Part shown: positions 45,856 through 55,245 of the stretch, in pieces
Layout of the letters: each line of letters starts with the position of its first letter
Position numbering within the stretch: position 1 is the stretch's first letter
Assembly: GCA_044238145.1 (NCBI GenBank)
Contig: JBIIDT010000008.1
Coordinates: 3,610-67,609, forward strand
Length of the DNA: 64,000 bases
From: Pirellulales bacterium
GTDB taxonomy: Bacteria; Planctomycetota; Planctomycetia; Pirellulales; UBA1268
Reading direction: 5' to 3'
Position numbers and translations under genes: made by a program
Notes under the pieces: generated by a model
Seen by the model: the letters and a program-made list of their open reading frames with translations, nothing else
Database searches by the model: none
Told to the model about the DNA's origin: nothing

Positions 45856-46388
45856 CGTCGGGCCTCCCGGACGGCCATGTGCGTGCGGAGTTTTTCCAGG
45901 GCGTAGCGATAGCGGCTGGCCGCGGTGTTCGGGCTCGTGCCCGTCACGGCCGCGATCTCCGCGAACGTCAGGCCGCCGTCGATCTTGAGCGCGATCACCT
46001 CGCGCTGTTCACCAGGCAGGGACGCCACAGCCGCCGCGAGATCGTCGTCGCTCCCGGGGTCGGGGGGCACGACGTCGCGGCCCGCTGCGTGCCGCTCCGC
46101 CGCGATCCGGTCCACGGCCCGGCGGTCGGTCGCGGACCGCCGCCGCCGCTTGCCGACCGCGTGCCTGAGCATCGTGAACACGTAGGCATCGAGGTCGGCG
46201 ACCGTGGCGAGCCGGTTGCGGCCGCGGGCCAGCGCGACGAACAGGTCGTGGACCGTGTCTTCGGCGTCGGCGATCGATCCGGTCATGGTGCGGGCCGTGT
46301 TCACGAGGCGGGGGGCGAGACGGTCGTAGAGCGTCGCGAACGCCTCTGGATCGCCCGCTGCCAGCGATTGTGCGAGCGACGTGGCCAC
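45852..46388 (-). CDS. ECF-type RNA polymerase sigma-70 family factor
   Basis: The start is re-picked to GTG 46388, which has GGAG 6 nt upstream (the track ORF to 47327 is an artefact). Region 2 is DAEDTVHDLFVALAR...DLDAYVFTMLRHAV. Region 4 is LPGEQREVIALKIDGGLTFAEIAAVTGTSPNTAASRYRYALEKLR. Confidence 0.85.
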   Translation of the reverse strand: MATSLAQSLAAGDPEAFATLYDRLAPRLVNTARTMTGSIADAEDTVHDLFVALARGRNRLATVADLDAYVFTMLRHAVGKRRRRSATDRRAVDRIAAERHAAGRDVVPPDPGSDDDLAAAVASLPGEQREVIALKIDGGLTFAEIAAVTGTSPNTAASRYRYALEKLRTHMAVREARR

Positions 46389-46441
46389 GTGGTTCTCCGC
46401 CGTCTGTCCGCAGCAAGGGGCCACTGGGTGGCAGGCTTTGT

Positions 46442-47431
46442 CTACCGGCCCGCCGGGAGGCGGATTTCGGCCTCCACGGGAAAGTGGTCGGAGCCGACGT
46501 CGGGGCCGACGGCGCGGCGGAGAATCTCCGTGCCTGGCGGCACGAGGACGTGGTCGATCGGGATCCGCGGGGCCCAGGCCCGGGCGTTCCACGTGGCCTG
46601 CACGCCGCGGCCGAGCGCCGAGTCGACGAGCCCGCCGCGGGCGACGAGGTCGCGAAACGCCGCCGACCAGGGCGTGGCATTGAGATCGCCGGCGACGACG
46701 CAGGGCAGCGGCGACGCGGCGACGAAGTCGGCGATCCCGCGGAGCTGGGCGTCGCGGTCCCGGGCGTAGGCCCGGTTCTTGGGCGGCACCGGGTGGGTGG
46801 CGATCACGGTGTAGTCGCCGGCGGGATCGGCGAACGTGGCCACGATCGAGGGCACGCCCGCGTCGCCGAACTCCGCGAGGCGGTGCCCCCGCGGCGGATG
46901 TTTCGTGAGCATGGCGATGCCGAAGTTGTCGCCGCGGGGCTCGACGATGGCGTGCGGCCAGCGATCTGCGAGGCTCTCCAGGGCCTTGGCCCAGGCGGCG
47001 TCGACCTCGAGGACGATCAGCACGTCGGGATCGCGGACCCGCACGTAGTCGATCACGGCCCGCGTGTCGCGGTTGCTCGTGAGGACGTTGGTGGCGACGA
47101 GCGACAGCGTCGATCGTGGCGGTCCGGTGCCGGCGGCCGCCGCGGGGCTGAGGCCGGCGGACGGCAGCCAGTAGGGGAGCATCGGCCAGGCATTGCCGAC
47201 CACGGCCACGGCCAGGCAGGCCAGCGCGATGCGCCCGCTCCGGCGGCCCGATGCGGCCAGGCAGACAAGCGCCAGCAGCAGCCAGTACCAGCGAAAGTGG
47301 CTGAAGAGATCGAGCGTCCAGTGCCACCGGCCGGCGAAGCCGGCGAGTGTGGCCCCGGCGAGCGGGAAGGGCAGCCAGGCGAAGAGGCTGCGGCGCGGTG
47401 CCGCTGTCGGGTCGGGCGGTGCGTCATGCAT
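46442..47431 (-). CDS. endonuclease/exonuclease/phosphatase (EEP) family membrane protein
   Basis: 329-aa ORF with N-terminal TM spans. The EEP domain shows LVATNVLTSN, DVLIVLEVD, VVAGDLNATPWS and the C-terminal IDHVLV...GSDHFPVEAEI. Confidence 0.8.
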   Translation of the reverse strand: MHDAPPDPTAAPRRSLFAWLPFPLAGATLAGFAGRWHWTLDLFSHFRWYWLLLALVCLAASGRRSGRIALACLAVAVVGNAWPMLPYWLPSAGLSPAAAAGTGPPRSTLSLVATNVLTSNRDTRAVIDYVRVRDPDVLIVLEVDAAWAKALESLADRWPHAIVEPRGDNFGIAMLTKHPPRGHRLAEFGDAGVPSIVATFADPAGDYTVIATHPVPPKNRAYARDRDAQLRGIADFVAASPLPCVVAGDLNATPWSAAFRDLVARGGLVDSALGRGVQATWNARAWAPRIPIDHVLVPPGTEILRRAVGPDVGSDHFPVEAEIRLPAGR

Positions 47432-47468
47432 GCGGTCATGCTACCGCACGGCCGCTCGGCAACGGCGA

Positions 47469-48731
47469 TCAGCCCGAGAACAGTTCGTCCACCGGCGTGC
47501 CGCCGTCGACGAGCTTGATCGGCCGGCCCGAGGCCGCGGTGTTCTCGACCTGCGGGTCGATGCCGAGGCTCTTGCAGAACGTGGCGAACAGGTCGGGCAC
47601 GGTGACGGGGCGGTCGGCCACATCGCTCCCCGCCTTGTCGGTGCGACCGACGACCTGGCCGCCGCGGACGCCGCCCCCGGCGAGGACGGCATTGAAGCTG
47701 CGGGGGAAGTGGTCGCGGCCGCCGCGTGGGTTTACCTGCGGCGTGCGGCCGAACTCGCCCATCCAGATCACGAGCGTGTCGTCGAGGCGGCCGCGGTCGG
47801 CGAGGTCGCGGAGGAGCGCGGCCAGCGGCCGATCCACCTGCCCGGCGAGTTCCGGCACCTTCGTGAAGTTCTCCTGGTGCGTGTCCCAGCCGTTGCAGAC
47901 GACCTCCACGAACGACACGCCGCTCTCCACGAGCCGGCGGGCGAGCAGGCAGCCGGCCGCGAACGCCCCCTGGCCGTAGGCGGTGCGCGCCTGCTCCGGC
48001 TCGTCGTCGAGGTCGAAGGCTCGCATCTGGTCGCTGAGGATCATCCGTGTGGCCCGCCGATACAGTGCGCGATGGGCCTCCGCCTCCTCGGGCAGTTGCG
48101 CCGCGAAGCCGGCGGAGAGCGCGTCCATGAGGTCGAGCCGGCGGACGTGGCGGTCGGTGGCCACCTGCGGCGTGGTGTTGGCGGGGTTCTCGCGCGGGTC
48201 GCGCATCTCGAACGGCTCCCACTGCATGCCGAGCAGGCCGGCGCCGGAGTCGTTGCGGCCGCGGCCGCCGATCCGCACCACCGGCGGCAGGTCCCCCGTC
48301 TCGCCGCCGCCGGCCTTCGCCAGTTCGCTGGCCACGATCGAGCCGAGCGTGGGATGGCGGGCGCTGGGGTTGGGGAGGTAGCCCGTGTGCATGAGGTACG
48401 TGGCCCGTGGGTGGCTGCCCTCCTTGCTCGTCATCGAGCGGATCACCGCCAGCCGGTCGGCGACCTGCGCCGCCTCGGGCCAGTGCTCGGCGAAGCGGAT
48501 GCCGGCCACGTTGGTGGCGATCGCCTTCGTGCCGCCGCCGTTCTTGTGGCCCTCGAGCGGGCTGAAGGTCTCGAACTGCGAAGGCCCCCCCTGCATCCAC
48601 AGGAGGATGCACGCCTTCCCGCGGCGGCGGACCTCGGCGGCCCGCGCGGCGACGACGTCGCCCCAACCGAGCACACCGGCCGAGAAGCCCGCGGCCGGAA
48701 GCAGGCGGAGCAGGCGACGGCGGGAGAGCAT
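47469..48731 (-). CDS. DUF1501 domain protein (sulfatase-fold, TAT signal)
   Basis: The start is the ATG at 48731, giving MLSRRRLLRLLPAAGFSAG (twin-arginine-like). ILLWMQGGPSQFETF and the C-terminal GRDHFPRSFNAVLAGGGVRGGQVVGRTD are the hallmark DUF1501 patterns. The track ORF to 50387 is an artefact. Confidence 0.85.
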   Translation of the reverse strand: MLSRRRLLRLLPAAGFSAGVLGWGDVVAARAAEVRRRGKACILLWMQGGPSQFETFSPLEGHKNGGGTKAIATNVAGIRFAEHWPEAAQVADRLAVIRSMTSKEGSHPRATYLMHTGYLPNPSARHPTLGSIVASELAKAGGGETGDLPPVVRIGGRGRNDSGAGLLGMQWEPFEMRDPRENPANTTPQVATDRHVRRLDLMDALSAGFAAQLPEEAEAHRALYRRATRMILSDQMRAFDLDDEPEQARTAYGQGAFAAGCLLARRLVESGVSFVEVVCNGWDTHQENFTKVPELAGQVDRPLAALLRDLADRGRLDDTLVIWMGEFGRTPQVNPRGGRDHFPRSFNAVLAGGGVRGGQVVGRTDKAGSDVADRPVTVPDLFATFCKSLGIDPQVENTAASGRPIKLVDGGTPVDELFSG

Positions 48732-48739
48732 GACGGGCC

Positions 48740-50341
48740 TCACTTGCGGTGGAGGAACTCGGCGGAGTTGACGAGCGCCCAGAAGACGTCCTCGAAGGCC
48801 TCCTCGCGGTCGCCCGCGGTGCGGACGTGGTCGAGACAGGTCCGGAGCTCGGCGGGCGTGGGGTGGCGGGCGAGCGTCCGCTCGTACAACGCGTCGGCCA
48901 CGTCGCGGTCGTCGGCGTGCTCCCGCAGGAGTCGGCCGAGGACGGTGCCGCGGCGGTCGCCGTCGAGGGCGGCCGCCAAAGGCTGGCTGTTCATGAGGAG
49001 CAGGGCCTGCGGGATCGATCCCACCACCTCCTCGCGGGGCATGCTCGGGTCGTAGCCGAAGGCCTGGGTGAACAGCGCCCGCGGGGCGCCGAGCTGGCGG
49101 CGGCCGCCGCCGGTGGGCTGCGGGCCGCGGGGCCGAGCCGGGCCGCCCGCACGGGGCTCGTCGACGCCCAGCGTGGTGAGCAGCTGGTTGAAGAGCTGGT
49201 CGGCCCGCAGTCGCTGGGGGCAGTTGGCCGCGAAGGCCTCCCGGTCGGGGTCGGATCGCGAGCGGCTGGCCCGCTGATACTCGGGCTGCGCCGCGATCGT
49301 GCGGAACAGCCAGCGGAGGTCGTGGCCCGACGCGCGGAACCCGGCGGCGAGATCGTCGAGTGCGGTGCCGCCCGGGGCGACCGGCTCGGGCTCGCGGTCG
49401 GGGCCGAGGTCGTCGACGCCGCGGTAGAAGCCGGCGCCCACGAGTTCCGCCCAGATGCGGTTGACGATCGCCCGGTCGAACCAGGGCTGCTCGTCGCCGG
49501 TGATCCACCGGGCGGCGGCTTGGCGGCGCCGCTGGTCCTTCGTGCCCTGCGGCACCGTGTCCCCCGTGAGGAAGAAGCGCGGCGTCATCTCGGTGCCCGG
49601 CCGCGATGGGTCGTCGAGATCGGGCATCTCGTGCTCGAGGTCGCCACGGCGGGGATCGTTCGCCATCCGCCGCCGGTCGCGGGCCGGGCCGACGTCGTAG
49701 GAGGCGACCTCGAAGCGGTCGAGTCCCTCGCCGGGGCTGCGGCGGATGGCGATCCGCGGAAAGAAGGCGGCGAACTCGTGGAACTGCGGCCGCTTCCAGC
49801 GGTCCGTGAAGTGGTCGTGGCACTGGGCGCACTGGATCTGGATCCCGAGGAAGATCCGCGAGACCTCGGCCGCGATGTCGGCCGTCTCGCCCATCTGGGC
49901 GATCACGATCGCCGTCTCGCCATGCTCGGCCGGGGCACCAGTCGCCGTGATGAACTCGGTCGCGATCTCGTCCCAGCGGGGCTCGTCGTGGAGCCGGCGG
50001 ACAAGGTAGTGCTCCAGCGGCCCGGCGATGAGCAGGGCCCGGTCGTCGGTGCGGCGGTACAGGATCACGTCGCGGAGGTAGCGGGCCCACGTCCGGGCCC
50101 AGTCGCGGTCGTCGAGGAGCCGGTCGACCACGGACGCCCGCTTCGTGGCGGCATCGGCCGCGGCGAAAGCCTCGATCTCGGTGGCGGTCGGCTGGCGGCC
50201 CGCGAGGTCGAGCGTGACCCGGCGGAGGAACGTCTCGTCGTCGCAGCGGGCGGCCGGCGCGGGGGTGGCGGCGGCGGAGGCGGTCAGGCCCGCCAGGGCC
50301 AGGAAAACCGCGGTCAGTGTCCGGGGTGCGTGCCGTCCCAT
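48740..50341 (-). CDS. DUF1549/DUF1553 domain protein
   Basis: The start is the ATG at 50341 (MGRHAPRTLTAVFLALAGLTASAAA). FLRRVTLDLAGRQPTATEIEAF marks DUF1549. IFLGIQIQCAQCHDHFTDRWKRPQFHEFAAFF marks DUF1553. The C-terminal WALVNSAEFLHRK is typical. It ends 8 nt upstream of the DUF1501 gene. Confidence 0.85.
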   Translation of the reverse strand: MGRHAPRTLTAVFLALAGLTASAAATPAPAARCDDETFLRRVTLDLAGRQPTATEIEAFAAADAATKRASVVDRLLDDRDWARTWARYLRDVILYRRTDDRALLIAGPLEHYLVRRLHDEPRWDEIATEFITATGAPAEHGETAIVIAQMGETADIAAEVSRIFLGIQIQCAQCHDHFTDRWKRPQFHEFAAFFPRIAIRRSPGEGLDRFEVASYDVGPARDRRRMANDPRRGDLEHEMPDLDDPSRPGTEMTPRFFLTGDTVPQGTKDQRRRQAAARWITGDEQPWFDRAIVNRIWAELVGAGFYRGVDDLGPDREPEPVAPGGTALDDLAAGFRASGHDLRWLFRTIAAQPEYQRASRSRSDPDREAFAANCPQRLRADQLFNQLLTTLGVDEPRAGGPARPRGPQPTGGGRRQLGAPRALFTQAFGYDPSMPREEVVGSIPQALLLMNSQPLAAALDGDRRGTVLGRLLREHADDRDVADALYERTLARHPTPAELRTCLDHVRTAGDREEAFEDVFWALVNSAEFLHRK

Positions 50342-50403
50342 ATCGGGGTTCAACGGTCGTGGATGGCCAGGGTTTCGTGTGGGGCACGCATGGGGTTTTC
50401 GCC

Positions 50404-51267
50404 TCATCCCGCCGCGGCTGCCGGAACGAGCCCGGAGGCCAGCGACCAGGCCAGCAGGCCGGCCAGGGCGAGCCGGTAGGCGATGAACGGCCAGAGCGTG
50501 TGGCTGGTGAGGATCTTCAGCAGCCAGCGGATCGCGGCGTAGCCCACGATGGCGGCCGTCAGCGTGCCCCAGGCGGCCGCCGCAATCGCCTCCGTCGACC
50601 CGAGGATGGCCTGCCGCTCCTCGACGAGTTCGAGGAGCGCGGCCGCCGCGATCGCCGGCAGCGAGAGGAGGAACGAGAACCGCGCGGCCGTCCGCCGGTC
50701 GAGGCCGCCGAGCATGCCGGCGGCGATCGTGATCCCGCTGCGGGAGGTGCCAGGAAAGAGCGCGAGCGCCTGGGCCGAGCCCATCGCGAGGCAGTCGCCC
50801 CATGTCAGCGACTCCAAGCCGTCGCGGCCCACGTCGCCCTGCCGGCCGCGCCGCCGCCCAATCAACTCCGCCGCCACCATCGCGACCGTGGCCGCCAGCA
50901 GCGCCGTGATCACCGCCTCCAGCGACCGCAGCGGCCCCTTGATGACGTCCTTGAACAGCAGGCCCGCGACGACGATGGGCACCGTGCCGACGGCGATGAA
51001 CAGGCCCGCCCGGGCCTCGGGCGTCGCGGGCAGCCGGCGGGAGCGGAGCGTCGCCAGAGCAGCGGCCAGGATCGCGGCGATGTCCCGCCGCATCGCGGCG
51101 CACACGGCCGCCAGGGTGCCGCACTGGATCACGGCCGAGAAGGCGGCCCCGGGGTCCTGCCAGCCGAGGAGGGCGGGCACGATCCGCAGGTGGGCCGTGC
51201 TGGAGATCGGCAGGAACTCGGTCAGGCCCTGGACAACGCCCAGCGTCACTGCCTCGAGAATCGACAT
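50404..51267 (-). CDS. uppP: undecaprenyl-diphosphate phosphatase
   Basis: MSILEAVTLGVVQGLTEFLPISSTAHLRI... and ...LALFPGTSRSGITIAAGML are the two conserved BacA/UppP motifs. It is a multi-pass membrane protein of 287 aa. Confidence 0.9.
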   Translation of the reverse strand: MSILEAVTLGVVQGLTEFLPISSTAHLRIVPALLGWQDPGAAFSAVIQCGTLAAVCAAMRRDIAAILAAALATLRSRRLPATPEARAGLFIAVGTVPIVVAGLLFKDVIKGPLRSLEAVITALLAATVAMVAAELIGRRRGRQGDVGRDGLESLTWGDCLAMGSAQALALFPGTSRSGITIAAGMLGGLDRRTAARFSFLLSLPAIAAAALLELVEERQAILGSTEAIAAAAWGTLTAAIVGYAAIRWLLKILTSHTLWPFIAYRLALAGLLAWSLASGLVPAAAAG

Positions 51268-51391
51268 CGCCCCGCGTCCTTCCCGGGATCGCCCGCGGCC
51301 TTCCGAAAATGGCCGCCCGCTTCAAAAACGGCCGCCTGTGGCGCATACTACCCGACCCGCGTCGATCCCCGTACCAGGAGCCCGTCCCCGG

Positions 51392-52342
51392 ATGTTTCGC
51401 AACCTCAGCACCATCGGCCTGCCCCTTTCCGGTCGTCCCAGCGAGCTCATCGAGCTGGCCCTGTCGTTCGGTTTCGACGCGATGGACATCGACATCGTCG
51501 ACTTCCGCCAGCAGGCCGAGACGTTCGGTGTGCCCCACGCCCGGCGGCTGATGGTCAGCGCGCGGCTCAAGTCGGGCGTGTTCCACCTCCCGCTCGACCT
51601 GTCCGGAGACGACGCCGCCTTCGACCGCGACCTCGCGGCCCTGCCGAAGTTTCTCGAACTCGCCGAGGCCACCGAGGCGCACCGGGCCGTGACGCGGATC
51701 GCGCCGGCGTCGGACGAGCATTCGTTCAAGGACTTTTTCGAGCTGCATCGCCGTCGGCTCGACACGCTCGGCGACCTCCTCGCCCCGCGCGGGATCACGC
51801 TCGGCTTGGCCGTCACTCCGGAGACCGAGGCCCGCGAGGGCAAGGCCAACCAGTTCATCCACACCTACGAGGGCCTGCTGGGCCTCGTCGCCGTGGCCCA
51901 TGAGCGGGTCGGTGCCGTGGCTGACGCCTGGGCGCTGCACGTCACCGGCGAGCCGCTGGAACTGATCGGGAAGACGCCCCGGGGCAAGCTCGTCGAGGTC
52001 CGCCTCTCCGACGCGCCGCGTGAGGCGACCGGGGCCGCGCTCACCACCGCCCAGCGGCTGATGCCGGGCGAGACCGGCGTGATCGACAACGCCGGCGTGC
52101 TCCGGCAGGCCAAGGCCGCGGGCTTCGAGGGCCCGGTGACGCCGTGGGCCGACCGGGCCACGCTGGCGGGCCGCGGCCGCGAGAAGATCGTGCGGCTGGC
52201 GGGTGACCGGCTCGATGCGGCCTGGAAGGACGCCGGCCTGCCGGTGGTGCCGCGCTGGTTCACGCCCGTGGCTCGCGACCAGTTCGGCCGGCCGATCGGC
52301 GAGGACGCGCTGCCGGCGGGCGTCGTGGGCGCGGCTGAATAG
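51392..52342 (+). CDS. xylose isomerase-like TIM-barrel protein (sugar phosphate isomerase/epimerase family)
   Basis: The real start is the ATG at 51392 (MFRNLSTIGLPLSG...). The track ORF from 50549 is antisense to uppP. The pattern of alternating beta-alpha units with conserved E/H/D-containing strands (VEVRLSD, GFEGPVTPW) fits this fold. The assignment is by eye only. Confidence 0.55.
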   Translation: MFRNLSTIGLPLSGRPSELIELALSFGFDAMDIDIVDFRQQAETFGVPHARRLMVSARLKSGVFHLPLDLSGDDAAFDRDLAALPKFLELAEATEAHRAVTRIAPASDEHSFKDFFELHRRRLDTLGDLLAPRGITLGLAVTPETEAREGKANQFIHTYEGLLGLVAVAHERVGAVADAWALHVTGEPLELIGKTPRGKLVEVRLSDAPREATGAALTTAQRLMPGETGVIDNAGVLRQAKAAGFEGPVTPWADRATLAGRGREKIVRLAGDRLDAAWKDAGLPVVPRWFTPVARDQFGRPIGEDALPAGVVGAAE

Positions 52343-52348
52343 CGAACT

Positions 52349-53308
52349 TCAGGCCCCCTCGCGGATCCACTCGACCCGCGGGTCACCGCCCCCCTTGACG
52401 GTGGCGCCCTTGAGGAACTCGGCGACGTAGCGGAGCGTCTTGCCCGGCCGGTCGGGGTCCCGGAAGTTGTCCCCCTTCTGCAGGATCGGCAGCTGGTCGG
52501 GCATCGCCCCGAAGGCCCGCGTGCCGGCTGCCTGGCAGGGGAACCACCAGCCCTGGCCCGACGCATCCTCGAGGTAGAACTCGGGATAGCAGTGGCCCTC
52601 GACCCACACGGTGCGGGCCGGAATGCCCTCCGCCCGCGCCATGGCGATGAACAGGCAGGTCAGTTCCTCGCAGTCGCCCCAGCCGTCGGCGAGAGCCCGC
52701 CGGGCTCCCTTCAGTTCGCCGTTGCGGTATTCGACCTTGTCGCGGACGGTGTCGTAGATCGCCTCGACCTTCCGCCAGCCCTCGAGCGCGTCGCCGGCGG
52801 ACTTCGCCAGCGCGGTGATCTTCGGGTCGCGGGTCTCGATGTAGGGGCTCGGGCCGAGGAAGGCCTTGAGCGTCCGGTCCGGCTTGGCGGGGATCCGCAG
52901 ACCGGCGGTGTCGGCGGGGGCAACGAGCGCGTGGCGGTCGAGCTCGAAGGTCACGACCGCGCGAGCCGTCTTGCCGGCGGGCAGGTCGGGGATCTCCACG
53001 ACCATCTGCTTGAGGCCGCCGGGCAGGGTGCGGTAGCGGAGGCTGCGGACCGCGGGCGAGACGTCCTCGGCGGCGATCCGCACCCGCTGCTCGGGCCACT
53101 CGGCCGGCACTGGGAGCGTGGCGTAGATCCCGTTGCACGGCCCCCCCTCGGCCGTGACTTCGAGGCCGACCTTGTACTTGAGCGTGCGCACGTCGCCGAG
53201 CGCGGGGCCGCCGGCGGCCGTGGCGTCGAGGAACTGGGCCCGGGCAGGCGCCGCCGAGAACATGGCGGCGAAGAGCAGCAGCAGGACCTGTGGGAGCCGA
53301 TGACGCAT
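52349..53308 (-). CDS. secreted transglutaminase-like cysteine protease domain protein
   Basis: The ATG at 53308 gives the signal MRHRLPQVLLLLFAAMFSAAPARA. The core is GWGDCEELTCLFIAMARAEGIPARTVWVEGHCYPEFY (Cys nucleophile, downstream His) and then D in the WWFPCQ region. Confidence 0.8.
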   Translation of the reverse strand: MRHRLPQVLLLLFAAMFSAAPARAQFLDATAAGGPALGDVRTLKYKVGLEVTAEGGPCNGIYATLPVPAEWPEQRVRIAAEDVSPAVRSLRYRTLPGGLKQMVVEIPDLPAGKTARAVVTFELDRHALVAPADTAGLRIPAKPDRTLKAFLGPSPYIETRDPKITALAKSAGDALEGWRKVEAIYDTVRDKVEYRNGELKGARRALADGWGDCEELTCLFIAMARAEGIPARTVWVEGHCYPEFYLEDASGQGWWFPCQAAGTRAFGAMPDQLPILQKGDNFRDPDRPGKTLRYVAEFLKGATVKGGGDPRVEWIREGA

Positions 53309-53449
53309 CACATCAAGCCCCCGATGCCAGCCGGGGGACTCCGGGCGGGATGACCCGAGTATGGCATCGGCCGCCCGCCCGGCTGCGGATGCCCGCGGCG
53401 CTCGGCCTGCGGGTCGGGATGGCTGGGGTCGCGGGGTAAAAACGCTCGA

Positions 53450-53478
53450 TTGTGAGGGGCTGCGGCCGCTGCTACACT
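53450..53478 (+). promoter_or_regulatory. candidate sigma-70-type promoter upstream of rpsA
   Basis: TTGTGA (53450-53455), a 17-nt spacer, then TACACT (53473-53478). This lies about 70 nt upstream of the rpsA ATG and is followed by a C-rich leader. Motif match only. Confidence 0.3.
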
Positions 53479-53547
53479 GCGTGGCTCGCTTGATCGTGGC
53501 CCGCAGAATCCCCCTCCCCCCACCCGCTTTCCCGAACCCCCCAACGC

Positions 53548-55239
53548 ATGGTCAACCGCAACCTCATCCGCGAACTGGAGCACGGCGACGAACTCGATCA
53601 GGAACTCGAACTGGCCATGGCCGGTGCCACGGAAGACGGCTACGCCGTCGGTGCCGCGACGCTGGCGGTGAACTCGGTGCTCGAGGGGAAGGTGCTGCGG
53701 GTCGACGACGAGTTCGTCCTCGTCGACGTGGGCTACAAGAGCGAGGGCCACATCCCGCGGAACGAGTGGGACGAGACGGAGCCGCCCCCGCAGGTCGGCG
53801 ACATCGTCAAGGTGCTGCTCGAAGAGTTCGAGGACGGCTCGCTCGAGGAGCAGCGCGGCCTGATCACGCTCTCGAAGCGGAAGGCCCGGCGGATCGAGGA
53901 CTGGCTCCGGGTCATGGAGAGCGTCCACGAGAACGACGTGGTCACCGGCTTCGTCACCCGCAAGATCAAGGGCGGCCTGCTCGTCGACATCTCCGGCGTC
54001 AACGTCTTCCTGCCGGCAAGCCAGGTCGACATCCGCCGCCCGGCCGACATCGGCGACTACTGCGGCCGCTGCATCCAGTGCCTGGTGCTCAAGATCGACG
54101 AGGCCCGGCGCAACATCGTCGTCTCCCGCCGGGCGCTCATCGAGCAGGAGCGGGCCGAGCGGAAGAAGCAGCTCATGGAGACGCTCGAGGTCGGCCAGAT
54201 CCGCCGCGGCGTCGTCAAGAACATCGCCGACTTCGGCGCCTTCGTCGATCTCGGCGGCATCGACGGCCTGCTGCACATCACCGACATGTCGTGGGCCCGC
54301 ATCGGGCACCCCAGCGAGATGGTGCAGATCGACCAGGAGATCGAGGTGCAGGTGCTGCACATCGATCGCGAGCGGGAGAAGATCGCCCTCGGCATGAAGC
54401 AGCGGACGGCGAGCCCGTGGGCGAAGGTGGCCGAGAAGTACCCGGTGGGCACCGTCTGCATGGGGACGGTCGTCAACGTCATGAGCTACGGCGCCTTCGT
54501 GAAGCTCGAGGACGGCGTCGAGGGGCTGGTGCACATCAGCGAGATGAGCTGGACAAAGCGGGTCAGCCACCCGAGCGAGCTCGTCAAGCCGGGCGACGAG
54601 GTCGAGGTGGTGGTGCTCGCCATCAACAAGGAGAAGCAGGAGATCTCGCTGGGCATGAAGCAGACCCAGCAGAACCCCTGGGAGAAGGTGGCTGCCGACT
54701 ACCCGCCGGGCGCGGTGGTCAAGGGCATTGTGCGGAACCTCACCAACTACGGCGCCTTCGTCGAGATCGACGACGGCATCGACGGCCTGCTCCACGTGAC
54801 CGACATGTCGTGGACCCGCAAGGTGACCCATCCCAGCGAGATGCTGGAGAAGGGTCAGGAGGTGGAGTGCAAGGTGCTGTCCGTCGACCAGCAGCGGCGG
54901 CGGATCGCGCTCGGCCTGAAGCAGATGGCCGACGATCCGTGGTCCACCGACATCCCCAAGCGGTACAAGGCCGGCGACGTGGTGAAGGGCACCGTGACCA
55001 AGATCACGAACTTTGGCGTCTTCGTCGGCCTGGAGGACGGCCTCGAGGGCCTGCTCCACATCTCGGAACTCTCCGAGGACAAGATCGAGAACGCCGAGGA
55101 CTTCGTGAAGGTCGGCGATCCGCTGGAGGTGAAGATCCTGCGGGTCGACACCGACGAGCGGAAGATCGGCCTCTCGAAGAAGCGGGTCGGCTGGTCGAAG
55201 GAGCGCGAGGCCGCCGAGGCGACCCACGAGGACGCCTGA
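53548..55239 (+). CDS. rpsA: 30S ribosomal protein S1
   Basis: 563-aa ORF with six recognisable S1/OB repeats, each containing G-x-V-x(n)-GAFV/GVFV-x-L/I-x-G-x-x-GL-H-I-S/T-x-x. Examples are GVVKNIADFGAFVDLGGIDGLLHITDMSW and GTVTKITNFGVFVGLEDGLEGLLHISEL. Confidence 0.95.
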   Translation: MVNRNLIRELEHGDELDQELELAMAGATEDGYAVGAATLAVNSVLEGKVLRVDDEFVLVDVGYKSEGHIPRNEWDETEPPPQVGDIVKVLLEEFEDGSLEEQRGLITLSKRKARRIEDWLRVMESVHENDVVTGFVTRKIKGGLLVDISGVNVFLPASQVDIRRPADIGDYCGRCIQCLVLKIDEARRNIVVSRRALIEQERAERKKQLMETLEVGQIRRGVVKNIADFGAFVDLGGIDGLLHITDMSWARIGHPSEMVQIDQEIEVQVLHIDREREKIALGMKQRTASPWAKVAEKYPVGTVCMGTVVNVMSYGAFVKLEDGVEGLVHISEMSWTKRVSHPSELVKPGDEVEVVVLAINKEKQEISLGMKQTQQNPWEKVAADYPPGAVVKGIVRNLTNYGAFVEIDDGIDGLLHVTDMSWTRKVTHPSEMLEKGQEVECKVLSVDQQRRRIALGLKQMADDPWSTDIPKRYKAGDVVKGTVTKITNFGVFVGLEDGLEGLLHISELSEDKIENAEDFVKVGDPLEVKILRVDTDERKIGLSKKRVGWSKEREAAEATHEDA

Positions 55240-55245
55240 GCCGTT

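Noticed and set aside
47469-50387. 972-aa ORF suggesting one giant DUF1501-containing protein
   Set aside because: Upstream of 48731 this frame is Arg/Pro/Gly-rich and overlaps the well-supported DUF1549/DUF1553 gene in another frame. The twin-arginine-type MLSRRRLL at 48731 is the natural start.
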